DNA of 64,000 nucleotides from Escherichia coli (GCF_041886205.1 NZ_CP169029.1), one strand, 5' to 3'. Counted from the first letter of the stretch, positions 20,851 through 35,417 are shown. Translations and numbers: made by a program. Notes: generated by a model from the letters alone, not told the origin.

Positions 20851-21828
20851 ATGAAGCAGGACAAAAGACGCGGTCTGACCCGGATCGCATTGGCGCTGGC
20901 ACTGGCGGGTTACTGCGTGACGCCCCTTGCGCTGGCGGAAGACAGCGCGTGGATCGAGAGCGGCGAGACCAATATTTTCCAGGGGACTATTCCGTGGCTC
21001 TATTCGGAAGGAGGAAATGCTACGACAGATGCCGACCATGTAACGTTGACTTCTGATCTAAAAGGCGCTCGCCCGCAAGGCAGTGAAACGGACAAGCGTC
21101 TTTACTCGGGTGATAAACTAACCGTAAGCTGGGAGATTGGCGATACTGAAGGCGACGTCGATCTTGGTACGGCGGGTAAAGATGCAAAAACCATCGATAC
21201 CATCCGCTGGATGAGCTACAAGGACGCCCAGGGGGGCGATCCAAAAGAGCTGGCAACGAAGGTGACCACTTACACCCTTACCGATGCCGACCGTGGACGC
21301 TATATCGGTATTGAAATTACCCCAACCACCCAGACGGGTACGCCATACGTTGGGACTGCGCTGCATCTTTATGATGTTTCAAATGCTAACGGCGGGGGAA
21401 GCGATGAAGATAACGTTGATCCAGGACCGGTAGTTAACCAGAACCTGAAAGTCGCCATCTTTGTTAAAGACACTACGACCAACCTTATTAACGGCAATAC
21501 GCCAATCCAGTTGGGCAAAACGTACGTCGCCAAACTGTACTCGGATGAGAACAAAAACGGTCGGTATGACGCGGGTACTGACGTTGATGTTACCACCAAT
21601 TATGACTACCGTTGGGTACTCTCTGGCAGCAGCCAACAGCTCAGCACCTCGGGTGGTATCGTTAACTCAAGCTTCGATAATCAAAACCTGGTCATCCCTG
21701 CGACCAACGACGAAGCCAGAACCAACCTTAACGGCCCTGCTCGTGATGGCAAAGAGGCTCTTGCGATCCCGACCAACGGCGATGGGGTTCAGGGTTACAA
21801 ACTGCAAATTATCTACAAACACAAATAA
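20851..21828 (+). CDS. sinI: secreted protein sharing a C-terminal module with the SinH-like passenger (SinI-like)
   Basis: 325 aa; signal peptide with AEDSAW cleavage region; C-terminal ~110 aa align to the SinH-like C-terminus (VIPATN-EA, DG-QGY-L-Y-K, YDY-W--G-S). Confidence 0.65.
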   Translation: MKQDKRRGLTRIALALALAGYCVTPLALAEDSAWIESGETNIFQGTIPWLYSEGGNATTDADHVTLTSDLKGARPQGSETDKRLYSGDKLTVSWEIGDTEGDVDLGTAGKDAKTIDTIRWMSYKDAQGGDPKELATKVTTYTLTDADRGRYIGIEITPTTQTGTPYVGTALHLYDVSNANGGGSDEDNVDPGPVVNQNLKVAIFVKDTTTNLINGNTPIQLGKTYVAKLYSDENKNGRYDAGTDVDVTTNYDYRWVLSGSSQQLSTSGGIVNSSFDNQNLVIPATNDEARTNLNGPARDGKEALAIPTNGDGVQGYKLQIIYKHK

Positions 21829-21839
21829 CACTTGCTCAA

Positions 21840-21870
21840 CAGCATTCCCGCGTGGGAATGCTGTTTCCGC
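21840..21870 (+). terminator. possible rho-independent terminator after the SinI-like gene
   Basis: Hairpin cagcattccc gcgt gggaatgctg followed by TTTCCGCATATTTT. Confidence 0.5.
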
Positions 21871-21903
21871 ATATTTTGCTTAATTCAGGATTAAGCAAAA
21901 TAT
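21871..21903. promoter_or_regulatory. perfect 14-bp-arm palindrome (atattttgcttaat-tcagg-attaagcaaaatat) 45 bp upstream of the giant ORF; candidate operator
   Basis: Read directly in sequence; function unknown. Confidence 0.35.
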
Positions 21904-21948
21904 GTTGATGCGGTAACCGTTCGTTAAATAACTGGTGGAGTTCTTTTC

Positions 21949-24900
21949 ATGTCCCAGCCCCTGAAACCCGGCACTTTTTATGTTCTGCTTGTATTGCTGC
22001 TAACCGCAATGCTGCCGGGATGGTCATGGGCGGGCTCGTCATGGCAAGACTCATCCGATACGGCGGGAGAATTTAACGGTACCGTCCCCAATGCCGACAG
22101 CGCCAGTATGCCGGTTTATCAGGGCAGTATTTGGCTTGATCCTGCAAAGACCCATGATGTTTCGTTTTCCGCTAAACCCAATGAATTTAGCGTTAATCTG
22201 GATGTGTCGAAGCTGATTGTGACGAACCCGCAGGACCTGGAAGGGGATGTGTTTACCAACCCCCGTTGGGAAAACCAAACGCCGCCAGCGGTCTCTTTAG
22301 TCTGGGCGGATGCGGCGACACCGGAAACCCCACTTAATCCTCAGCCAGTGGCTGGGCGTTCCTTTTGTGCGCAAGGGCTTGCTGGGCGTTCGCTGGTTGT
22401 CTGGCCGCAGCCAGACCCACAGCAGACCATGCCGCAACTTTATCTACGCACCTCGACAGGTTATCCCTATGAAAGTCTTCTGACGCTTGTCGATAAAAAA
22501 GTGACGTTAAATATTGCACCGGCCCAGGGCGACTTAATTTCTGTCAGTGCGGCCGGTTATGACGATACCGTGGGCGGGGCGAAAACTACCGTTGGCGGCA
22601 ATATCACGTTGACCGTTACCACCAAAGACTGCAGCGGCAACGTTGCAGGAAATATTCCTTTTATTATCAAACGCAAAGATGCTGAAAACCGACAGGGTGA
22701 GGTCAACAATGCTTCGCCGGTTGTTCTGGACAAAACTGAACTGACCACTATCGCGACCGAATATCACGGCACCACGGATGCGAACGGCGTTGCGACGATC
22801 ACGGTCACGCAACCCAACGGCCCTGGTGTAAAAACGCCGCTGGTAGCCAGTCTTTCAGGTATTGGTCAAACCAGTGAAACGGCAGTGATCTTTACCGTCC
22901 TTACCAGCCCGGATGTCCCTCAGGCCACGATGTGGGGCCATATGCCCGATACGCTAAAGGCCCATGATTATACGTTCAGTCGGCCAAAATTGGCGGCAGA
23001 AGTCGATAACGAAAATGGTACCGTTAACGATCACAATGAAACCTGGTCTACCTTCACCTGGAGCGGGGCGGATAAACATTGCGACATTTTGCCCGGTATG
23101 CGCCAGTTTGGCGCGTTGGCAACGGTGGTGCCCACGACAGTTCAGGATCTCGTTGGTTGGCCGATACAGGGTAACTACTACTGGTCATCACTGGCGGGGA
23201 TGACCGGACAGCACCATGCGGCGGATGTTTCCAACCGTAGCGAAGCGCAAAAACCGGACGATACGACGTTTATTGTCAGTTGTGTCGATAAAGAAGCTCC
23301 TGACGTTGAACCGAAACTGGTGCTAACACCGGGAAGCTATGATTCGACGTTAAAGGCGATGAAAGTAAAGGTGGGGGAAGAAGCGTCTCTGCGTGTAACC
23401 ATCACCGATAATAAAAACAATAATCAACCGCTGGCGTATTACTACTTTTCGTTACATCTGGATGACGGCATCAACCGTAAAAATCCATCGGATGCGGCAT
23501 GGGAAGCGCATCCGGTGCAGATAGCGGGTGGCAGCAATGTCCATCAGGTTGACGCGCATACCTATGAAGGCATTACGGATGTAAATGGTCAGGCATCACT
23601 GACGCTAACGCAACCGGGCGGCGCGGGCGTGAAAACACACATTACTGCGAAAATGCGCAGCGACTTCACCACGTCGGATGAGAAAGACGTGATTTTTACA
23701 GTCATTACCAGCCCCGATACTGACAAAGCCCGGATGTGGGGGCATATGCAGGGTATTATTGATTCTAATAATATCTTTAAACGTCCACGGCTGGCAGATG
23801 AAACCGACCATGAACTCGGTTCAGTGCGGGAGAACAACGAAGACTGGGCGCTGTTCGACCAAAATAGCAGCATGCAGGCTGAATGCGGTGTAGGTCATAT
23901 TCCGAGCCAGAATCAATTACAGGGTCTGTTCACGGCGCATCCTGGCAATGCGATTGGCACCGAATATGGCTGGCCGACGGCGCAAAAAGATTACCTTAGT
24001 GCGGTACAACAAGAGCCACACTCCTCCGTGAACCTGGGCACAGGTAACATCGACACCTATTCAGGCTTTAAGCAGAACTATCTCTCCTGTTCCGGTAATG
24101 AGATGGTTGCTCAGATTACCGCAACGACCGATCATGACGTTTCCGTGGGCAGCAGGGCGCAGGCTAAAGTTGGAGAAACCGTCACCATGACGGTGCATAC
24201 CTTCAATGCACTGAATAATGCGCCCGTGCCGTTTACCGCCTTCAGCATCACAAAGGAGATGGGTAAAAACCGTCAGGGGCAGACTACCGGATATACCGAT
24301 CCGACGAGTGGCGCAATTGAGATGAATGGCACGCTCTACGGAACATCCCAGGCCTCGGTGGTTTATTCCGGGACTACGGATGCACAGGGCTACGCAACGG
24401 TGGAGATTGAACAACCCCAGGGCGTGGGCTTAATTACGCCGCTAAATATTGCGCCTGTGAACTCCTATATTCCCAATACAGTAAATTACAACGTGATTTT
24501 CACCACGCCTACCAGCCCGGATGTGGTGGCGGCGCAGATGTGGGGGCATATGGATGAGACTATTACAGTCGATTCTTTAACCTTCACCCGGCCTAAACTG
24601 GCAGCGGAAGTTTCCAGCCCGGATGCGACATTGACAGAAAATAATGAAGTCTGGGCACGTGTGAGTCAGGCGAATACGTCCAGTATAAGTAAAGGTGGCT
24701 GTGGAGCGAATATGCTGCCGCGTCGATCCCAGCTTAGCGCGCTCTATGAGGCTAATAACGGTAATGCTGTACAAACAGTACACGGCTGGCCAACCCTGCG
24801 TGAGCCGTACTGGAGTAGTTCCCCAGCGGATAAAGTTCCTCATTTTTACACCATTGCACTCAATGATGGCGCACAGGCTATTGGCGGTAGCAACGCGGTT

Positions 24901-27900
24901 TATGTCAGCTGCCTGACGACGGCAAATAGTCCTGCTAACGCTATTACCTTAGAGGTGGTGGATCAGGCGCAATGGAACGCGACGGCGAAAGCGGCGAAGC
25001 TGAAAAAAGGCGAAACACTCCAGGTTAAGGTAACGGTGAAGGATGCTCAGGGCAATGCACTGTCGGATATGCCATTCACCCTGAAACGTGGCGATGGTTA
25101 TACCCGCTCAAATGAAAAACATATTGCTGGCAGCGGGGATGCGCTGGTTGCGCCAGTCATCGTCAACGGAGGCCTGGCGGATGAAACTTCACTGAATGAT
25201 ACCGCGACAGCATACGTTGCCATGACCGGCAGCGACGGCACTAAAATACTTACCATAACCCGCCCGGAGACGCATGGCACCAAAACGGCGCTGATCGCTG
25301 CGCTGTATTCTGATGCAACGAAAAACGCCAGCCTCGACACCATTTTTACCGTTGCGACCAGCCCGGACAGCGATAAGGCGAAAATGTGGGGGCACATGGC
25401 GGAAACGGTGACGGCTACTGACGGCACGGTATTTAAACGCCCGCGCTTACTGAAAGAGTGGTCAACTCAGTCCTCTCTTACTGAAGATAATGAGGTCTGG
25501 GGGTTGTATAACATCAGCGATGCAAAATCTACCAGCGATGGCTGTGGCGCTAATTATGTTCCTGCGCAGGTTGGGCTGGAGTCATTGTTTGACAATAACC
25601 GCAGCAACGCGATGAAAACCGTACAAGGTTGGCCGGTAAATACTCATTATCTTTCAAGCACCTCGAGTACGGACAGTTTATCGCAGCATAATTATAAAGC
25701 CGTCGATCTGGGCAATGGAACCAGTACCTCAATATCCGCTTCCGAGAGGAAGTTGTTAACCTGCCAGACGACCGAGGTGTTACAGGCAAGCCAGATTCTG
25801 CTGGACGCAGCGGATCCAACCACCTTCGACAGCACAAATAATGTTGTCAAAGTTAAAAAAGGCGAAGCGGCAGTGGTGCGTGTAACCACGAAGGATTCGC
25901 AGGGGAATCCTGTAGGAAATACCGCATTTACCCTCAAACGAAACTACAGCGTGAACAGGGCTAATGCGTCGAATACCACGTCGATTGCTTCATTGGTGGT
26001 AACGGATGCATGGGGAAATACTCAGGACAGTTTTCTTTCCACGTCCCTGGTCATTTATGGCGTAACGGGGGCCGATGGCACCACCACCTTTACACTGAAA
26101 CAAGACCAGTCTACCGGCTTAAAAACGGAACTCACGGCAGCGCTGGACTCCTCCAGCAGCATTACATCGTCGCTTCCCGTCGTCTTTACGGTGCTTACCA
26201 GCCCGGATTCGCCAAAAGCCAAATTCTGGGGGCATATGGCTGAAACGGCGACAGGCGATGACGGTCTCATTTATAAAAGGCCATTGCTGAGAGACGAGAT
26301 TAGCGCCTCTAGCGGTATCAGCACCCTGACAGAAGAGGGGGAAAGCTGGTCTATGTTCCGGGCGGACAATGCTAATGATACTTCGATAAGTGGTTGTGGC
26401 GCGGAGTATGTTCCAACTGACAGTGAACTTAAGGCCATTTATGCGCACCAGGGGGGGAGCGCATTGCATGGTGCTATCGGCTGGCCCGTTTCGAAGCCCT
26501 ATATCTCGAATACCGTCGCAGATGCATTCACTCAACTCTTTAAGTTTGATGTCGTTTCGTTGAACACGGGAGATGAAACACAGATTTCATCAACTAGTGT
26601 AGGGCCTCTTAGCTGCCGTACCACGCCTGTCGCCGTTGCCAGTCAGATTATTGTTGAGGCGAACGATGCGGCGCAATTTGTCAAAGTTGACGATACCTTG
26701 AGTGCGCTGAAAGTGAAAAAAGGTGAAGACGCGGTGATTCGCGTGGTGACCAAAGATGCGCAGGGGAATACCGTGCCCAATGTTCCCTTTATTCTCAAGC
26801 GAGAGGGTTCAACGAATCGTCAAAATGTCACGATGATAAATAAGTCGATTACGGTGATTAACGCGGCAGGGACTTCTACGAATGTGCTTAGTTCGTCAAC
26901 ACTGCTTTATGGGGTAACGGGCGCGGACGGGACTACCACGTTTACGGTAAAACAAGATGATTCTATGGGTCTGATGACCAATATGTACGCTCAGTTGTAT
27001 CAGTCGACGATAGAATCCAACAAATTACCGGTGATGTTTACCGTTATAACCAGCCCGGATACGCCTCTGGCAAACTACTGGGGGCATATGTCTGAAACCT
27101 TCACGACAAGGTCGGGGGTTGTCTTCAAGCGGCCAATGCTTAGTGCCGAGCATCCAGCGGGGCAGTCAACCGTGGATAATAATGAATCCTGGCTTTCCTT
27201 AAATACAGCAGCAAAAAATGATGTCAGCAAATCAGGCTGTGACGAACCTTATCAACCGTTATTAAGCGAACTTCAGGATTTGTACAGTGAACATCCTAAT
27301 GGTGCGATAGGAACCGATTTAGGCCTTCCGTTGACGAAAACCTGGTGGGCTTACGATAAAGTGGCCTATGCGAACGCCTGGTACGATCAGTCTGTTAATT
27401 TGTCGAATGGGTCAAGCGCCAGGGCGTCGTCAACCACCGTTGCGTTTGTGCCCTGTCTGGTAAACCCTCATGCAGTGGCTGCTTCTATTGAGATAACCTC
27501 CACGGCACTGGATGCGGAGAAAACGGCCAGTAACGATGGTCGCCCCAGCGCAACCGCACCGAAAGGTACGGCGATCCGGATGACGGTGATTGTGCGGGAT
27601 AGCGCAGGAAATCCATTGCCCGGCGCCAACTTTAACCTCGTACGCGGGACGGCATTGGATCGTGCAAAATACAGTGTCGATAGTTCGGCTGATGATCTGA
27701 CCCTCGTGCCTGTCACACCTGCTGGCGTAAATATGACTCTCACGAGTAATACATCAAAAGCACTGTTGACGACAGGCAGTGATGGTAAAGTGACCTTTGA
27801 TGTGACGCAAAACGGGACTTATGGGCTCGCAACCCCGCTCACTGCAACATTGCTACGCGACACTTCAATAAGCGCCACGATGGATGTCATTTTCACGGTG

Positions 27901-30000
27901 ATAACCAGTCCCGACTCACCGAAAGCAAAATACTGGGGTCATATGGCCGACACGTTTACCAGCAGTGCGGGGGTGACCTTTAAACGACCACTACTGGCAG
28001 CGGAAGCGACCTCCGGGTCCTCGGTTGGCAGTAATAATGAGTCGTGGTCATACCTTAATGTTAACGACAGAGCTACGTCGGATTGCTCACTGGAGTATCA
28101 GCCGCGTCTCAATGAGTTACAGGGGTTATATAACGATCATCCTGGCGGGGCCATACAGACGGATCTGGGGTTACCTGTAGCTGCCGGAAGTGGAAACTGG
28201 TGGGCTTATGAAATGAGTATACCTAACCCCAGCGGGTCGGTGTGGTTTTACGGCATCATTAATTTGAAAACGGGACAATCGTCGACCACGTCGAGTGGAT
28301 TCGCTTTAATGCTCTGCCTGACGCAGCCGCATACGGTACCGGCAAGCCTTACACTGTCATCAACCGCCTACGATGAAGGCAGAACCGCCAGCAATGGTGG
28401 CACACCTACGTCATCTGTGAAAAAAGGTGAGACGCTTCCCTTAGTGGTGACGATCAAAGATGCCAATGGTAACCCCGTTGGCGGCGAAGGCGTTACGCTC
28501 AAGCGCGCGCAGGCGAAAAGCCGTTCAGGTATCTCTGTCTCCTCCACTACCGTTGATGATCTTATTTTAAATGAAGTCACACCGGAATCAGCCAGCTTTT
28601 CCTTCGCCGCGGATTTGGCATCATGGAGCGGCATCACCGGCAGTGACGGCACTGTAACGTTCAATATTACACAAAAAAATACCATCGGCCTGGTAACGCC
28701 GTTTACAGCCTCATTGGGGCGAAATCCGCAGGTCACCGCCAACCAGGACCTGATGTTCACGGTGGTAACCAGCCCGGATTCGCCGAAGGCAAACTACTGG
28801 GGGCATATGCCAGCAACCTTGACGGCAGTGAATGGTGCGGTATTTGAACGCCCGAAATTGTGGAGTGAACTGCCATCGACCTCCGGCGTCGGCAAGATCA
28901 ATAACAATAATGAGGACTGGCCGTACTATTCACCGACAAAAAAATCTGATGAGAGTGTGACCCCTTGCGAAGTGGCAAGACAGCCTCTGCTTAGTGATTT
29001 AAATTCGCTGTCTGCGCGTTATCCGGATAACACCTTCGCCGCTGAAACGGGCTGGTCTGTGTATTACACCTGGTGGGCAGAGGATAAATCCGCCGCGGGT
29101 AAAGATCAGTCGGTGGATTTGAGGAATGGCACGCTGTATACGAATGCAACAGGAGCATTTCTGCCATGCCTGGTTAATGCGCGTTCAACCGTTTCCAGCG
29201 TCACGCTCACCTCAACGGCGTTTGACGCTACCACTCAGGCGGCGAAAGTGAAAAAAGGCGAAGCCATGCCCGTTACCGTAACGGTGAAAGACAGCGCCGG
29301 GAAAACGGTGGCGAATGTGGCTTTTACCCTGAAACGCGGTGATGCTGCGCCAAGAAACCCAGGTATGGCCTTGTACGGCGATGTGGATGCGATGGATGAC
29401 ATGACCGTTCAGCCGACATCGGGAGCGGCGGTGACGTGGCCTGACAGTGGCAATGCTTTGCAGGGAACCACCGGTTCTGACGGTACGGCGACGTTTATGG
29501 TTAAACAGAATAATACGCCGGGTTATAAAACGCCGTTGACGGTCACGTTGGACAATAACACCAGCATCACTGCGACAATGGACGCTATTTTCACCGTAGT
29601 GACCAGCCCGAATGTCTCAAGCGCCTATTACTGGGGGCACATGGCAGATACGACCACGGTGAATGGTAAAACATTGCATCGCCCGTTGTTGGCATCGGAG
29701 CTACCTGCGAATGCTTCTTCCCCAGCCACGCCTGACGTAAACAATGAAGCCTGGGCTATGGGGCATATGGTGGATTCAAGGAATTGGGATATCGAGGCGC
29801 AGTGTGGCAGCTTGACCAACGCGCCAAACGATGACGACTTAATGGGTCTGTATACTAACTTTAGTTCGCTGGGTTGGCCTGCATCCCCGAGTTTTCCTTA
29901 CTTATCTTCTCAGAGATGCGGCGTGTTTGAAAACAGTGGACAACAGGACTGCGCTATTGCGCCAGGCAGCACAAAAGGTTTTGTGACTTGTACCCAATAA
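21949..30000 (+). CDS. giant secreted repetitive protein (2683 aa) with about 9 tandem ~280-aa modules containing Ig-like (BIG-type) segments; RatA/RatB/ShdA-family-like
   Basis: Signal peptide at the N-terminus; motif FTV-TSPD...WGHM recurs 9 times with 800-866-bp period (DNA positions about 22895, 23698, 24500, 25341, 26181, 27031, 27888, 28754, 29590); each module also has VKKGE...V.VTVKDA.GN...FTLKR and C(G)..Y.P...L..LY motifs. Confidence 0.8.
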   Translation: MSQPLKPGTFYVLLVLLLTAMLPGWSWAGSSWQDSSDTAGEFNGTVPNADSASMPVYQGSIWLDPAKTHDVSFSAKPNEFSVNLDVSKLIVTNPQDLEGDVFTNPRWENQTPPAVSLVWADAATPETPLNPQPVAGRSFCAQGLAGRSLVVWPQPDPQQTMPQLYLRTSTGYPYESLLTLVDKKVTLNIAPAQGDLISVSAAGYDDTVGGAKTTVGGNITLTVTTKDCSGNVAGNIPFIIKRKDAENRQGEVNNASPVVLDKTELTTIATEYHGTTDANGVATITVTQPNGPGVKTPLVASLSGIGQTSETAVIFTVLTSPDVPQATMWGHMPDTLKAHDYTFSRPKLAAEVDNENGTVNDHNETWSTFTWSGADKHCDILPGMRQFGALATVVPTTVQDLVGWPIQGNYYWSSLAGMTGQHHAADVSNRSEAQKPDDTTFIVSCVDKEAPDVEPKLVLTPGSYDSTLKAMKVKVGEEASLRVTITDNKNNNQPLAYYYFSLHLDDGINRKNPSDAAWEAHPVQIAGGSNVHQVDAHTYEGITDVNGQASLTLTQPGGAGVKTHITAKMRSDFTTSDEKDVIFTVITSPDTDKARMWGHMQGIIDSNNIFKRPRLADETDHELGSVRENNEDWALFDQNSSMQAECGVGHIPSQNQLQGLFTAHPGNAIGTEYGWPTAQKDYLSAVQQEPHSSVNLGTGNIDTYSGFKQNYLSCSGNEMVAQITATTDHDVSVGSRAQAKVGETVTMTVHTFNALNNAPVPFTAFSITKEMGKNRQGQTTGYTDPTSGAIEMNGTLYGTSQASVVYSGTTDAQGYATVEIEQPQGVGLITPLNIAPVNSYIPNTVNYNVIFTTPTSPDVVAAQMWGHMDETITVDSLTFTRPKLAAEVSSPDATLTENNEVWARVSQANTSSISKGGCGANMLPRRSQLSALYEANNGNAVQTVHGWPTLREPYWSSSPADKVPHFYTIALNDGAQAIGGSNAVYVSCLTTANSPANAITLEVVDQAQWNATAKAAKLKKGETLQVKVTVKDAQGNALSDMPFTLKRGDGYTRSNEKHIAGSGDALVAPVIVNGGLADETSLNDTATAYVAMTGSDGTKILTITRPETHGTKTALIAALYSDATKNASLDTIFTVATSPDSDKAKMWGHMAETVTATDGTVFKRPRLLKEWSTQSSLTEDNEVWGLYNISDAKSTSDGCGANYVPAQVGLESLFDNNRSNAMKTVQGWPVNTHYLSSTSSTDSLSQHNYKAVDLGNGTSTSISASERKLLTCQTTEVLQASQILLDAADPTTFDSTNNVVKVKKGEAAVVRVTTKDSQGNPVGNTAFTLKRNYSVNRANASNTTSIASLVVTDAWGNTQDSFLSTSLVIYGVTGADGTTTFTLKQDQSTGLKTELTAALDSSSSITSSLPVVFTVLTSPDSPKAKFWGHMAETATGDDGLIYKRPLLRDEISASSGISTLTEEGESWSMFRADNANDTSISGCGAEYVPTDSELKAIYAHQGGSALHGAIGWPVSKPYISNTVADAFTQLFKFDVVSLNTGDETQISSTSVGPLSCRTTPVAVASQIIVEANDAAQFVKVDDTLSALKVKKGEDAVIRVVTKDAQGNTVPNVPFILKREGSTNRQNVTMINKSITVINAAGTSTNVLSSSTLLYGVTGADGTTTFTVKQDDSMGLMTNMYAQLYQSTIESNKLPVMFTVITSPDTPLANYWGHMSETFTTRSGVVFKRPMLSAEHPAGQSTVDNNESWLSLNTAAKNDVSKSGCDEPYQPLLSELQDLYSEHPNGAIGTDLGLPLTKTWWAYDKVAYANAWYDQSVNLSNGSSARASSTTVAFVPCLVNPHAVAASIEITSTALDAEKTASNDGRPSATAPKGTAIRMTVIVRDSAGNPLPGANFNLVRGTALDRAKYSVDSSADDLTLVPVTPAGVNMTLTSNTSKALLTTGSDGKVTFDVTQNGTYGLATPLTATLLRDTSISATMDVIFTVITSPDSPKAKYWGHMADTFTSSAGVTFKRPLLAAEATSGSSVGSNNESWSYLNVNDRATSDCSLEYQPRLNELQGLYNDHPGGAIQTDLGLPVAAGSGNWWAYEMSIPNPSGSVWFYGIINLKTGQSSTTSSGFALMLCLTQPHTVPASLTLSSTAYDEGRTASNGGTPTSSVKKGETLPLVVTIKDANGNPVGGEGVTLKRAQAKSRSGISVSSTTVDDLILNEVTPESASFSFAADLASWSGITGSDGTVTFNITQKNTIGLVTPFTASLGRNPQVTANQDLMFTVVTSPDSPKANYWGHMPATLTAVNGAVFERPKLWSELPSTSGVGKINNNNEDWPYYSPTKKSDESVTPCEVARQPLLSDLNSLSARYPDNTFAAETGWSVYYTWWAEDKSAAGKDQSVDLRNGTLYTNATGAFLPCLVNARSTVSSVTLTSTAFDATTQAAKVKKGEAMPVTVTVKDSAGKTVANVAFTLKRGDAAPRNPGMALYGDVDAMDDMTVQPTSGAAVTWPDSGNALQGTTGSDGTATFMVKQNNTPGYKTPLTVTLDNNTSITATMDAIFTVVTSPNVSSAYYWGHMADTTTVNGKTLHRPLLASELPANASSPATPDVNNEAWAMGHMVDSRNWDIEAQCGSLTNAPNDDDLMGLYTNFSSLGWPASPSFPYLSSQRCGVFENSGQQDCAIAPGSTKGFVTCTQ

Positions 30001-30045
30001 GATCAATGTGGGGGGCCGCCTACGGCGGCCATACACAATGGACTT

Positions 30046-31526
<1,481 letters not shown>

Positions 31527-31608
31527 TTATTCAGTCGATAGTAACCCTCCCTCCGGGGATAGCAAGCATTTTTTGCAAAAAGGGGTAGATGCAATCGGTT
31601 ACGCTCTG

Positions 31609-31614
31609 TATAAT
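31609..31614 (+). promoter_or_regulatory. candidate -10 hexamer (TATAAT) of the guaBA promoter
   Basis: Perfect TATAAT 44 bp upstream of the guaB ATG in the xseA-guaB divergent region; -35 not confidently assigned. Confidence 0.4.
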
Positions 31615-31657
31615 GCCGCGGCAATATTTATTAACCACTCTGGTCGAGATATTGCCC

Positions 31658-33124
31658 ATGCTACGTATCGCTAAAGAAGCTCTGACGTTTGACGACGTTC
31701 TCCTCGTTCCTGCTCATTCTACCGTTCTGCCGAATACTGCTGACCTCAGCACCCAGCTGACGAAAACTATTCGTCTGAATATCCCTATGCTTTCCGCAGC
31801 AATGGATACCGTAACGGAAGCGCGCCTGGCTATTGCTCTGGCTCAGGAAGGCGGTATCGGCTTTATCCACAAAAACATGTCCATTGAACGCCAGGCAGAA
31901 GAAGTTCGCCGTGTGAAAAAACACGAATCTGGTGTGGTGACTGATCCGCAGACTGTTCTGCCAACCACGACGCTGCGCGAAGTGAAAGAACTGACCGAGC
32001 GTAACGGTTTTGCGGGCTATCCGGTCGTTACCGAAGAAAACGAACTGGTGGGTATTATCACCGGTCGTGACGTGCGTTTTGTTACCGACCTGAATCAGCC
32101 GGTTAGCGTTTACATGACGCCGAAAGAGCGTCTGGTCACCGTGCGTGAAGGCGAAGCCCGTGAAGTGGTGCTGGCAAAAATGCACGAAAAACGCGTTGAA
32201 AAAGCGCTGGTGGTTGATGACGAATTCCACCTGATCGGCATGATCACCGTGAAAGATTTCCAGAAAGCGGAACGTAAACCGAACGCCTGTAAAGACGAGC
32301 AAGGCCGTCTGCGGGTTGGTGCTGCAGTTGGCGCAGGTGCGGGTAACGAAGAGCGTGTTGATGCGCTGGTTGCCGCTGGCGTTGACGTTCTGCTGATCGA
32401 CTCCTCCCACGGTCACTCAGAAGGTGTTCTGCAGCGTATCCGTGAAACCCGTGCTAAATACCCGAATCTGCAAATTATTGGCGGCAACGTGGCAACAGCT
32501 GCAGGTGCTCGCGCGCTGGCAGAAGCTGGTTGCAGTGCGGTTAAAGTCGGTATCGGCCCAGGCTCTATCTGTACGACTCGTATCGTGACTGGCGTCGGTG
32601 TTCCGCAGATCACCGCCGTTGCTGATGCAGTAGAAGCCCTGGAAGGCACCGGTATTCCGGTTATCGCTGACGGCGGTATCCGTTTCTCAGGCGATATCGC
32701 CAAAGCTATCGCCGCTGGCGCAAGCGCGGTAATGGTGGGTTCCATGCTGGCAGGTACTGAAGAATCTCCGGGGGAAATCGAACTCTACCAGGGCCGTTCT
32801 TACAAATCTTACCGTGGGATGGGCTCTCTGGGCGCGATGTCCAAAGGTTCCTCTGACCGTTACTTCCAGAGCGACAACGCTGCCGACAAACTGGTGCCGG
32901 AAGGTATCGAAGGTCGCGTAGCCTATAAAGGTCGCCTGAAAGAGATCATTCACCAGCAGATGGGCGGCCTGCGCTCCTGTATGGGTCTGACCGGCTGTGG
33001 TACTATCGACGAACTGCGTACTAAAGCGGAGTTTGTACGTATCAGCGGTGCGGGCATTCAGGAAAGCCACGTTCACGACGTGACCATTACTAAAGAGTCC
33101 CCGAACTACCGTCTGGGCTCCTGA
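31658..33124 (+). CDS. guaB: IMP dehydrogenase
   Basis: 488 aa from [24 protein letters not shown] pair and catalytic Cys loop ([11 protein letters not shown]). The ORF-track start at 31589 is an upstream extension. Confidence 0.95.
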   Translation: MLRIAKEALTFDDVLLVPAHSTVLPNTADLSTQLTKTIRLNIPMLSAAMDTVTEARLAIALAQEGGIGFIHKNMSIERQAEEVRRVKKHESGVVTDPQTVLPTTTLREVKELTERNGFAGYPVVTEENELVGIITGRDVRFVTDLNQPVSVYMTPKERLVTVREGEAREVVLAKMHEKRVEKALVVDDEFHLIGMITVKDFQKAERKPNACKDEQGRLRVGAAVGAGAGNEERVDALVAAGVDVLLIDSSHGHSEGVLQRIRETRAKYPNLQIIGGNVATAAGARALAEAGCSAVKVGIGPGSICTTRIVTGVGVPQITAVADAVEALEGTGIPVIADGGIRFSGDIAKAIAAGASAVMVGSMLAGTEESPGEIELYQGRSYKSYRGMGSLGAMSKGSSDRYFQSDNAADKLVPEGIEGRVAYKGRLKEIIHQQMGGLRSCMGLTGCGTIDELRTKAEFVRISGAGIQESHVHDVTITKESPNYRLGS

Positions 33125-33192
33125 TTCTCTTCGCCCGACTTCATGTCGGGCGATTTATATTATCTGTTTCACTTGCCTCGGAATAAGCGTCA

Positions 33193-34770
33193 ATGACGGA
33201 AAACATTCATAAGCATCGCATCCTCATTCTGGACTTCGGTTCCCAGTATACTCAACTGGTTGCGCGCCGCGTGCGTGAGCTGGGCGTTTACTGCGAACTG
33301 TGGGCGTGGGATGTGACAGAAGCACAAATTCGTGACTTCAATCCAAGCGGCATTATTCTTTCCGGCGGCCCGGAAAGCACCACCGAAGAAAACAGCCCGC
33401 GTGCGCCGCAGTATGTCTTTGAAGCAGGCGTACCGGTATTCGGCGTTTGCTATGGCATGCAGACAATGGCGATGCAGTTGGGCGGTCACGTTGAAGCCTC
33501 TAACGAACGTGAATTTGGCTACGCGCAGGTTGAAGTCGTAAACGACAGCGCACTGGTTCGCGGTATCGAAGATGCGCTGACCGCAGACGGTAAACCGCTG
33601 CTCGATGTCTGGATGAGCCACGGCGATAAAGTTACCGCTATCCCGTCCGACTTCGTCACCGTAGCCAGCACCGAAAGCTGCCCGTTTGCCATTATGGCTA
33701 ACGAAGAAAAACGCTTCTATGGCGTACAGTTCCACCCGGAAGTGACTCACACCCGCCAGGGTATGCGCATGCTGGAGCGTTTTGTGCGTGATATCTGCCA
33801 GTGTGAAGCCCTGTGGACGCCAGCGAAAATTATCGACGATGCTGTAGCTCGCATCCGCGAGCAGGTAGGCGACGATAAAGTCATCCTCGGCCTCTCTGGT
33901 GGCGTGGATTCCTCCGTAACCGCAATGCTGCTGCACCGCGCTATCGGTAAAAACCTGACTTGCGTATTCGTCGACAACGGCCTGCTGCGTCTCAACGAAG
34001 CAGAGCAGGTTCTGGATATGTTTGGCGATCACTTTGGTCTTAACATTGTTCACGTACCGGCAGAAGATCGCTTCCTGTCAGCGCTGGCTGGCGAAAACGA
34101 TCCGGAAGCAAAACGTAAAATCATCGGTCGCGTTTTCGTTGAAGTATTCGATGAAGAAGCGCTGAAACTTGAAGACGTGAAGTGGCTGGCGCAGGGCACC
34201 ATCTACCCTGACGTTATCGAATCTGCGGCGTCTGCAACCGGTAAAGCACACGTCATCAAATCTCACCACAACGTGGGCGGCCTGCCGAAAGAGATGAAGA
34301 TGGGGCTGGTTGAACCGCTGAAAGAGCTGTTCAAAGACGAAGTGCGTAAGATTGGTCTGGAGCTGGGCCTGCCGTACGACATGTTGTACCGTCACCCGTT
34401 CCCGGGACCAGGCCTTGGCGTTCGTGTTCTGGGTGAAGTGAAGAAAGAGTACTGTGACCTGCTGCGCCGTGCTGACGCCATCTTCATTGAAGAACTGCGT
34501 AAAGCGGACCTGTACGACAAAGTCAGCCAGGCGTTCACCGTCTTCCTGCCGGTACGTTCCGTTGGCGTAATGGGCGATGGTCGTAAGTATGACTGGGTTG
34601 TCTCTCTGCGTGCTGTCGAAACCATCGACTTTATGACCGCACACTGGGCGCATCTGCCGTACGATTTCCTCGGTCGCGTTTCCAACCGCATTATCAATGA
34701 AGTGAACGGTATTTCCCGCGTGGTGTATGACATCAGCGGCAAGCCGCCAGCTACCATTGAGTGGGAATGA
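33193..34770 (+). CDS. guaA: GMP synthase (glutamine-hydrolysing)
   Basis: 525 aa; GATase (CYGMQ) and ATP-PPase (SGGVDSSV) motifs. Confidence 0.95.
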   Translation: MTENIHKHRILILDFGSQYTQLVARRVRELGVYCELWAWDVTEAQIRDFNPSGIILSGGPESTTEENSPRAPQYVFEAGVPVFGVCYGMQTMAMQLGGHVEASNEREFGYAQVEVVNDSALVRGIEDALTADGKPLLDVWMSHGDKVTAIPSDFVTVASTESCPFAIMANEEKRFYGVQFHPEVTHTRQGMRMLERFVRDICQCEALWTPAKIIDDAVARIREQVGDDKVILGLSGGVDSSVTAMLLHRAIGKNLTCVFVDNGLLRLNEAEQVLDMFGDHFGLNIVHVPAEDRFLSALAGENDPEAKRKIIGRVFVEVFDEEALKLEDVKWLAQGTIYPDVIESAASATGKAHVIKSHHNVGGLPKEMKMGLVEPLKELFKDEVRKIGLELGLPYDMLYRHPFPGPGLGVRVLGEVKKEYCDLLRRADAIFIEELRKADLYDKVSQAFTVFLPVRSVGVMGDGRKYDWVVSLRAVETIDFMTAHWAHLPYDFLGRVSNRIINEVNGISRVVYDISGKPPATIEWE

Positions 34771-34794
34771 TTTGACCCTGCACTATGAATGAAC

Positions 34795-34826
34795 AAAACC
34801 CTCTGTTACTACAGAGGGTTTTTTAT
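34795..34826. terminator. bidirectional rho-independent terminator between guaA and yfgI
   Basis: aaaaccctctgt-tact-acagagggtttt with flanking A and T runs. Confidence 0.75.
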
Positions 34827-34862
34827 CTTCAAGAATTATAGGCTTGAAGTTACTTACATCGA

Positions 34863-35402
34863 TTAATTAAACCAGCTGTCCGATTTGTTCTCTTCTGCTT
34901 TGCCCACGCTTTTCATCAGATCGCGACCGCCTTCAGTCATATTTCTGTTGGCGTCAGCTTCAGATTGCACCACATCGGTTTGCGCAGCTTTGTGCTTCAG
35001 TTCCTGATCGATAAATTCGTTTTCTCGCTTAACGCGGGCTTCTTCTTTCGCCAGCGCCAGTTTTTGTTTCTGAATCTCTAAGCTGCGTAGCTCATCTTCA
35101 TAACTTTGATCGCGTTTTTTGTCCGCAGAGGCTTCGGCGTCCAGTTTATCCTGACGAGCTTTCTTATTTGCTGCTGCCGTGGCCGCTCTTTTGTTAGCGG
35201 CGGCCTGGGCATTTGCGCGACGTTGCTTCTCTTGCTGGATTTCCCTGTTGCGCTCCGCGACCCATTCGTCATGCTGCCTTTGCTCTTCATTTTTACCTTG
35301 CTGTTCCGCTTCTGCGACAGCAGAGAGTTGATCCTGCAATGATGAGGCGATAGCCGGATAGCTTAAGGAGGCCAAGATGGCGCAAAGAAAAACTTTCTTC
35401 AT
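34863..35402 (-). CDS. yfgI: secreted Lys/Glu/Ala-rich coiled-coil protein YfgI
   Basis: 179 aa, signal peptide MKKVFLCAILASLSYPAIA, charged low-complexity repeats. Confidence 0.75.
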   Translation of the reverse strand: MKKVFLCAILASLSYPAIASSLQDQLSAVAEAEQQGKNEEQRQHDEWVAERNREIQQEKQRRANAQAAANKRAATAAANKKARQDKLDAEASADKKRDQSYEDELRSLEIQKQKLALAKEEARVKRENEFIDQELKHKAAQTDVVQSEADANRNMTEGGRDLMKSVGKAEENKSDSWFN

Positions 35403-35417
35403 GACTCCTCCTGATTA

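Noticed and set aside
22895-29620. Tandem repeats in the giant ORF as an assembly artefact or as separate genes
   Set aside because: Repeats are diverged at nucleotide level and the reading frame is continuous for 8 kb with no internal stops, which argues for one genuine gene.
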